Assembly: GCA_951406725.2 (NCBI GenBank)
Contig: OX597824.1
Span: 42,966,001 to 43,030,000, forward strand
Direction of reading: 5' to 3'
DNA length: 64,000 bases
Source: Octopus vulgaris
Taxonomy: Eukaryota
A program made the translations under genes and the position numbers. Under the pieces are notes generated by a model. The model made no database searches, had not been told where the DNA came from, and was given only the letters and a program-made list of their open reading frames with translations. The stretch's first letter is position 1. Each line of letters starts with the position of its first letter. This document shows, piece after piece, positions 54,036 through 64,000 of this stretch.

Positions 54036-55989
54036 GACAACAAGAAAGAAAGAAAAGAGAAGTGAAAGCAAGACAGACATCTGACTAAATTGACAGTCTA
54101 CATTCACGGAGGAAAGAGAAGTGATAGTTTTAATAAAATTACATAATCCATAATCTAACCTAGAGTGAGAGAGAAAGAGATAGATTTGAACAAGTATGAT
54201 GCATATTATTAGAGAGGGCAGGATGCGTTCTAAAGAAGAAGAAGAAGAAGAAGACGAAAAAGGACAGTATTGTATATCAATCACCACAAAATTACAACAT
54301 GCCTCAACGAAAAACAAAATTATACAAATGGTATTGTCATTATCGTAGCGTGCAAGAAGTTTTGAAGGAAAAGCTGATGGGTGGTGGAAATGAACGAAAT
54401 CAAGAGATGAAAATGGGGTTTGGGGAAGAGTGGTGGTGGTGGTGGTGGTGGTAGTGTGTGTGTGTGTGGAGGGGGGAAATTAACAGCCAGAGAATATGAC
54501 GATTTGAATGAAGAGAAAGATTATGGCAGCGTTGATATCTGAATGCAACATGCTGCTCGCTAATGTATCAATGATAAAAGATGAAATGTGCGAGATACGA
54601 TAATAGCGTGGTTGGATAGTAAGAAGCTTGATTCCCAACCACGTGGTTTCGGGTTCATTAGCACTGCGTGGCACCTTGGCCAAGTGTCTTCTACTATAGA
54701 CTCGGGCCGACCAAAGCTTTGTGAGTGGATTTGGTAGACAGAAACTGAAAGAAGCCTGTTGTATTTTAATATGCTGTCACATTTTCTGATGAAATTTTTT
54801 CTGTAAAAAAACTTCATCCTTTATTAGTAGTAGACTTATTACTATTCGCTATAAGGACTGGTAACCACTATAAGCTGTAGTGGAGAATAGTTTACACGTA
54901 TGCTGAGGCTGACCAAAGGATTTTATATTTAGATTTATCTGGGGTACTTATATGCACTCATGATTTTTGCTTCGGTTTTTTTTTTCCATGGGCGCATGTA
55001 AGTATTTCATTTATGTCTTTTCGTATTTTCTACTGAAGAAGAAAAAATCTATTATTAGATTAATTCCTAAATTGATTCAATATAGAAATAACGAACTTTT
55101 TTTTAAAATTCTGTTGGCAAGCTTTCCTCGATTTCAGCTCTATGTGTTTTCTGTAGCGAGTAAATAATATGAGGAAATTGACGATTTAAAAGTCTGTTAT
55201 CAGCATATTGGCATAGAAATAATTTTCTTTAGCCCTTGTTTATAAGTTGCATATATATATACACACGTTTGTGTGTGCGTGTGTGTGAAATGTGTGTGTG
55301 TGTATTTATGGCTGTATATGTGTTTCTCCACCACCATCGCTTGACAACCGATACTGTTGTGTTTAAGTCCTCGTAACTTAACGGTTCGACAAAGAGACCG
55401 ATAGTATAAATACTATGATTACAAAGAAAAAGTCCTGAGGTCGATTTCTTCGTACTAAAACCCTTTAAGGCGATGCTCTAGCTTGGCCACACTCAAACGA
55501 ATGAAACGTGTAAAAGAATAAACGAATGAAACGTGTAAAAGAATAAAAGAATAAAAGAATCGGTGTATGAGGAGATGGCTTCAAACGGACGTGAAAAGCA
55601 AGTTATATTGATAAAATGAAACAAATACGAGCTGTGAGAAATGACTCGGAGTGGCCATTGATACACTGTACTTTAATAAGATATATACGATGATATAGTT
55701 GTTGTCGTTGTTGATGTTTCCCATAATAAAACAGACAAGTAATCATAGGAGACCCAGTTGTGACCATTCTAAATTTTATTCAGACATTGCAATTTCGACC
55801 TTATAAAGTAATGTGCTTTCCTCTTTTTAGGCAATAGAATGTAATTTGGAGAAAGATTTGGCTACTGTTTCCAGCACATCAAACGACTTTTCGTTGACTT
55901 GTGTTGCAGCTGTTATTGTTTCGCCACAAATCGACTCTAAAAGAACAGACATGTCTATAATCAAAGGCTATTCAAGTCACGCCCATACT

Positions 55990-56260
55990 ACCTATTCTTT
56001 TGCAATTGCATTTATCGCAACTTAATGGTGAGCCTGATACAGTTAATGGTCAGTTCCTGAATCCCTGATACTCTCAGACCATCCCAGACAATTGAAATCA
56101 ATAAAGTTGTGCATAATTTTGTGAGTCAATAACACTCTCAGGTCATCCTTGACGAATGATATTGATAAAGCTGACGTGCAGTTGGTAAGTCCATGACATT
56201 CCCAGGCTGCCTCAGACTAGTGGGAATGCCATAGTTGATGGTCAATTTAGGCATTTCTTA
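55990..56260 (-). mobile_element. Possible highly decayed RTE-like RT fragment
   Basis: Minus strand NFIDF..WDGLRVSGIQELTINCIR resembles the FIDF..AFD..LW..L...GI segment of LINE RTs. Confidence 0.35.
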
Positions 56261-56554
56261 GTTCATACCCTCATGGACAAACATGAACAAAACGGTCAAT
56301 CGAGGCAGTTGATGTTCCGCGATGAAAGTATTGTGTATAGTGTTTAATGAATTCTTGAAGGTGAGTGAAACATAGAAAGAGGTGTCTGATGTGTTGTGGC
56401 GTAGGTAGCAATCAACAAACTTTTGATGTTATTTAGCCCTCACTCGATCCTCATCGAACAGACTTATGGTACATGGGTATCCGGCCTAATGACTAAGTTC
56501 GGCCTAAAGATCTAAATCTTCGGGTATGTCATCCGTTTTTGACTAATTAAAGAC

Positions 56555-56916
56555 TATAATTTTTGGGGGAGGAGGCCGGTCTATTGCATCGAACCCAATA
56601 CGCAACTGGCACTTAATTTATCGACCCTGAAAGGATGAAAGGCAAAGTCGACCTCGGCGTAATTTGAACTCAGAACGTAAAGACAGACGAAATACTTATT
56701 TCTTTACTACCGACACAGAGGGAACAAACAAGGACAGACACACGGATTAAGTCGATTACATCGACCCCAGTGCGTAACTGGTACTTAATTTATCGACCCC
56801 AAAAAGATGAAATGCACAGTCGACCTCGGCGGAATTTGAACTCAGAACGTAGCGGCAGACGAAATACCGCTAAGCATTTCGCCCGGCGTGCTAACGTTTT
56901 TGCAAGTTCGTCGCCC
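56555..56916 (-). mobile_element. Dimeric family-A SINE (head-core-tailB-core-tailA)
   Basis: Two cores joined at gacgaaatac(c/t)tatttcttt, as at about 50560 and 33890. Confidence 0.85.
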
Positions 56917-57212
56917 TTCTGTGTCTGTATATGGAGCCTAGTTATGACTACATTGGAATGGACAAGCTGAACTCGATCCGATATAATTATAACTGGTGCT
57001 AAGTATCCATGCACGGTATTTGGAGTTGAGGAGACTGTTGATGCGACTATATTTACCTGGACTGAGCAAGAAGTGTAGTGTTTTTAAGGATCAAAGTTCT
57101 GAAGTGGTGTACAGGTTATGTTTACTTACAGGTGATTATGCAGGTAGCGACGGAGGACTGTGAGTTTTGAAACTTGGAGAAATTACAAGCTGTGTACCTC
57201 ACACAGACAGAG

Positions 57213-57285
<73 letters not shown>

Positions 57286-57292
57286 GGCAGAC

Positions 57293-57347
<55 letters not shown>

Positions 57348-57368
57348 GAGGCAGAGAGACAGATATAC

Positions 57369-57435
<67 letters not shown>

Positions 57436-57456
57436 GAGGCAGAGAGACAGATATAC

Positions 57457-57515
<59 letters not shown>

Positions 57516-57517
<2 letters not shown>

Positions 57518-58226
57518 TGTTTCTTTATTAGCCACAGGGCTGCACACAGATAGAACAAATTATAAGGTAGAGCTTTTCTTTTGAAGGTTTAAAAAGAAAA
57601 AAAAAAAAGGGAAGGGGAGTTTCGATCAAAAGGGATCGTAAAAGGAGAGAAAGAGGACAAAAAAAGGGGGTTAAAAAAAGGGGGGGAGAGGAAAAAAAAT
57701 TGATCAATAGGGATCGTTATCACAGAAATGTCAATATGAAGTGTAAAGGGGAGGACAGGTGAGGTTTACCCGTGGAAAGAAAAGCCTACGGAAAAGACCA
57801 CGGTAACCTCGGTCAATGGAGTCACATGTTATATTTCTTTTTTTTTTTTTTTTTTTTTGCGAATAAGCAACTTTCTGTTTTCAATTTCTGGGTTCATAGG
57901 ATCATGCTCAAGGTGGCTTCGTCATTCATACGTGCCATTCTTGCTACATTCACCCATCTTTTTTTAAAACATTCGCTAGACAAAACTTGCCTCTCTACTC
58001 TCACTTTCCTTTTCAAGTGGTACTTGAAGAAGTTGATGAGAGATTGACCAGAGAGGAAAGTGTTTGTCTCCAATCCTTTCAGACGCGTCCACCAGATACA
58101 TTCTTTCGCCATAGCCACAAGGATGATGAAAATAGCTCTTCCTTCCCGTTTGAAGGAAGGAGGCGTGACAATATTGACGATAGATTCAGCTGATAAACCG
58201 ACTCGTCCCACACGTGATAGCAGTTA
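57516..58226 (-). mobile_element. Tx1/L1-clade LINE 3' end (ORF2 C-terminus + 3' UTR) inserted in (GATA)n
   Basis: The uninterrupted ORF 57894-58211 contains AMAKECIWWTR..FFKYHLKRKVRVER..FKKRW, like Tx1 ORF2 tails. The 3' end ggctaataaagaaacata joins (TCTA)n. Confidence 0.7.
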
Positions 58227-58274
58227 TAGATAGATAGATAGACAGACAGGCAGAGAGACAGATATACAGATAGT

Positions 58275-58347
<73 letters not shown>

Positions 58348-58550
58348 CCATCTTTTCCTTCCGAATACAGTCCCTTCACCATTCGTATATTCGCGAATTT
58401 CTTTCTCTTTTGTCCACTAAAGAACCAGTTCTGCTAAACTCTTCTCTTACCGTGTGCATATCGAACAAAACTCCCACGTCTCTCCCTCCCACCCTGTCTT
58501 TCTCTACTCACTGTTATTTCCGTTTCTCTCTCTCTTTCGATCCTTCTCAC

Positions 58551-58585
<35 letters not shown>

Positions 58586-59111
58586 ACATACGTACGCGTG
58601 CTTGTATGTATCCTTTCCTATACCCAGTGGCCCATTAACCATAACCATTTCACCTCTCATCAAATCAACCAGTTTATTCGCAGCAGAAACTTAACATAAC
58701 ATTTCTTTTTTTCATTTCTTTCATTTAATTTAATTTCTTTTTTTTTTTTTTCAAGTATAATTAAATCTAATTGAAATTGATTTACACATAATTAATGTAA
58801 TTGTCAGCTAAACATTCACAGAACGGACCGCCCTCCATTCTTCTTTAACATAATCTGTCCCTGTCCTCAGTGCACGCTCACTTCTTCTTCACTCTCACCG
58901 TTTCCCTCTCCGTCTAACTCTCCGACTCTCTCTCTCTCTCTCCGTCTTCCTCTCCGTCACCCGCTCCGCCTCCACTCTGTCTTCTTCTCTGTCTCCCGCT
59001 CTCCTCCGCTCTTACTCAACCACCGTTTACGTTATATGCATCACAATTAACGTAGGTTTCTTTGTAAATATCAGTTTCTTTAATTTGACCTGCGTTTCGT
59101 GTCTGCACGCG

Positions 59112-59147
<36 letters not shown>

Positions 59148-59442
59148 TACAAATTTGACTGATTAAAATCATTATTAGTTCTTATAAAAGAACATCCGGT
59201 AATTTTGTATCTCAAAATTATTGATTCGTGTATCAGACATCCAGCAACTACAATGTCTTGCAACTGCAACAACAACACCAATAATCCTTTCTACTATAGA
59301 CACAGAGACCGGCATTTTGGAGGATGGTATTGGACGATGACACCAACCCCAGTGCTCAACTGGTACTTATTCTATCGACTCCAAACAGATGAAAAACAGT
59401 CGACCTCGATGGTATTCGAACTCAGAACAAAAACTGTAAGAC

Positions 59443-59490
<48 letters not shown>

Positions 59491-59516
59491 TATATATATA
59501 TATATATATATATAAA

Positions 59517-60348
<832 letters not shown>

Positions 60349-60369
60349 CAGAAAGATAGTCAGACAGAC

Positions 60370-60467
<98 letters not shown>

Positions 60468-60983
60468 AAACAGTTTGATTCAAATTCGTTGGTACACAGA
60501 GTTTCAAGCGTGCTGCTAATCTTCAACCATTTTCAATTTCAAATTCAAAACTGAAACTCAGTGTGCCAACGAATTTGGATGAAACTGTTTTGATCCATAC
60601 ATGTAACTCCCAATAAATGTGTTGAGTACCCTTTTTTCGTTTGTCCACTCACTCGTGTATACATATATATACGTACATACCTCTTATTAAAGCTGCAAAA
60701 TTATCTCAGGAGTCGTAGTGAAGCTGTCCAGGGCCACTTTATGTCTGCCGGATGCCATCCCACTCTAGGTATGACCAATATCGATTTCTTCAACAAACTA
60801 AAATATTTGATAAAAAGAAATGAAGAGTAAGAAAGAGAGAAGAACTGACCTCAGTGAATGGAAAGGAAGAATGAAAATCGAAGATGAACCAGGCGGAATT
60901 TTAATTTAGAGCGCATAGAGAGTCGGTAAAATAACTGCACTGTAATCTATCCGATGCTGAAACGAACCTACCAATTGGCCCTA

Positions 60984-61160
<177 letters not shown>

Positions 61161-61194
61161 CATACATACATACATACATACATACATACATACA

Positions 61195-61227
<33 letters not shown>

Positions 61228-64000
61228 GTAACCATAAACCTGGAAGTAAAATGTTAGAATATCGATAACGAAGTTTTTGGGATCACAAATACCTGCATAG
61301 AACAGTAATAAACTTAGTTATTACACTAACGCAACCTGAAAGATGTTACGTCTATGGTAAACTGTTGCCACTGGGTGCTTCGGGCGCAGACCAATCCGTT
61401 ACAACCATTCGTATTAGGTTTCACGTGTGAAAATAATCTGCTATTTTGACCTATTATTGTCTGATGTAGTGGCCCATCATTTGTAGATTCGTCATATCAG
61501 TGTCCTGTCTTAAGTTCGTGAGTACTGGCTTTCTAATTCCGAATATATCATGAAAATAAACCGAGTGTTGAATATTTAACCGAAGAATCTAAAATAAATT
61601 ATAAAAGTAGATTCCGGTAATATTAAGAAATGATAATTCGTTCTACTACAGGCACAAAGTCTGAAATTTTGGGTGAATGGACTAGACAATTATATCGACC
61701 TCAGTGATTTATTTTATCGACCCTGAAAGGGTATAAGGCGAAGTTGACTTCGGTGGAATTTGAACGTAGAAACATAGTTCAGTTACAGGAAATACAGCTA
61801 AGTATTTGATAAGCTAATGATTCTGCCAGCTCGCAGCCTCGGTATGAAATAATAATAATGCGAAGAATCAAAAACCCAAGACTGAATTTTTCTCAGGTGA
61901 AAAGTCTCAATAGTTGCATATTGATAGTCATCTGGTTCGAAAGTACTACAGATTTTAAGAACTGTTCTGTCATAAAACGGTAATTCTAAATCATTGAAAT
62001 TAGAGCATGGGAGACTTTAAGAGGAATGGCAAGGATATGAGAATGTAGTTTCTCTGCGAAGATCAATATTAGACTATATATCATTAGTAGATCAAGTATT
62101 AAAATACTTGCTTGGAATAATTATTGAAAAAGACATAACAATGCACTGGACATCTTAGGTCACAAGTTCGTTTAAGTCTGCATGCCGTAGGGAGAAAAGA
62201 AATCTGATCTTTCGAGACTGACCTTTCGGTGGACAGAAAAAATTTTTTTCCAACTCTTCTAGACCAAATTTTGTTTCACCTTTATTTTTCCATAGCTTAA
62301 TCAAGAAGAGCAGCGCCTCTGACCTTTTCGACCTTTTGCAGGATACCGAAAACTTAACTAAATTTATGACCTTTACTGCACAATTTTTACTGATGCAGAC
62401 CGCTACAAGTTTATTTAAGACCGTTCCTAATATGTTACTATTGAATGTCTTCGTAAATATAAGCTAGTTTACTGAATAAAACCAACCTGTTTAAAAGTAC
62501 CACCCTGTAAACAAAGAGAAGTATGTAGGGCCTCCGTCGGTCAATGCAGATCATCTGGCTACACATTTATGCGTAGGCCTGGGCAATACTTCTCTTTTTT
62601 TTTTTTCGAAAGGGAAGGTGGTCGAATTGGGTCGACATAGTTTGTCGCTAGTGTGGTCACAGGCATTGCTGTTAGAACACAAAGCATCTACTGCCCCCAA
62701 AATATGAAAGACAAAACTAACTTCGCGGGGAAATGAACTGAGAATGAAAGAAAAAAACAAAAACAAATGAACTTTCGATCAAGCGCTCTAACAACTGAGC
62801 CAATTCTTGGCCTTAAAGAGAAGAAAAACACTTTAGAATTTCAAACGACCATCCTTGCGAGGAATGAAAATCTATGAAAAACTGTGAAATACATTTACAA
62901 AGTTCTTTCCTCCGTTTTCCTTTTCCTGTTTCCATTGTTATCATTATTTTTGTTGTTATTTAATCTCAGCATGACTCCTCTGATCGAAAACAAGTTTATG
63001 ATCAAAAGGATTTCAATCGTGAACATCCTGTCTTCTTTATCCAACGTTTCGTTCTCCTTATAAGTAAGCAGAGCACGATTTGAAGGAGTTATAGTTATTC
63101 TTTCTAGCATGTCGAGACAACAGCAGAGAAAAGGTTCTCCTCACTTCAGAGTCTCTTCCCTGCTGTTGATTAGTTTTCTTTTTCTATTAAGATAAGATAA
63201 TGTTAGAATTCTCTGTTCGGAAGTTTGTTTGTGAAGAGAACAAAAGGCAGAACACATCAGTTTGACACAAAAGCAGCATCTGAAGATTTAAGAGTTCATA
63301 CTCCTTGATTTAACTGCGGAATATGGGCAAGAAAGATTAGATTATACATGTGTATAGACACATGTTAACACACTCACGCATATGTATATATAAATCAATG
63401 ATGTTAATGATTACGTATGTTTTTGTGTGTATGTGAACGCGTTTATGTGTACGATATTATTTATGTATGTATACTCACATATTACAAATACCTTAGATAA
63501 CTGAGTATATACATTATATCATACATGCATAAAATTCATGTATATATATATATATATATATATATCCAAATCAAAATATATATATTTAACAACGTACTTG
63601 TATCATAGACATGGGAATATTATACTGTTTTATCAACGGATACTATTATTCATGCGACGTTATCTAATACGAATGATCCAAAACAGATGTGAGTTTAAGT
63701 AGGGAAATTCCACAAGCTCTTCAAGATAAATTAGTTAACAAATATGTACCTACCCCTACCCCCACCACACACACACATAACAGTGAAACATATGAGTATT
63801 TGACCTTTCAGGTGACATGACAAACTCAGTTTCTAAAATTCTGTCAAACTGAATATATATTTTACTAAATTATATATCTCTCGGGTCAACGAAGGTACCG
63901 TACCGTGTTTAGAATAGTTTCAAATTATGGACAGCAATTTTGAAAGGAGGTGTTAGTCGATTACTTGGAACCCAGCATTCAACTGGTGCTTATCTTATCA

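Noticed and set aside
58800-59030. Pyrimidine-rich, CpG-containing stretch as a possible promoter or 5' UTR
   Set aside because: No adjacent exon or specific motif supports it.

Overview
This is AT-rich, microsatellite-dense eukaryotic DNA from an intergenic or deep intronic region. The SINE families and repeat landscape look like a coleoid cephalopod, probably Octopus, which is an inference and not a database result. I see no intact host gene, and almost all listed ORFs are microsatellite read-through. Real coding remnants all come from retrotransposons: a young head-to-head Penelope-like element (PLE) with a GIY-YIG domain (6.5-9.1 kb), a near-intact 5'-truncated R4/Dong-type LINE in a (TAA)n array (37.9-40.1 kb) with several decayed relatives, a Tx1/L1-like 3' end inside (GATA)n, and a CR1 3' end. 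There is also a non-autonomous Helitron, two hAT MITEs and dozens of tRNA-derived SINEs. The most interesting signal, which no ORF explains, is at least a dozen minimal type-I hammerhead ribozyme (HHR) motifs from about 8 sequence families. They lie in short, mostly (TA)n-flanked, often fold-back elements, one of them a ~355-bp tandem retrozyme-like unit, and several carry recurrent non-canonical cores (U3-A8, U6, extra nucleotide after A9). A SINE tail also appears to derive from the Tx1-like 3' end. All folds and alignments were done by eye, and coordinates of decayed repeats are approximate.
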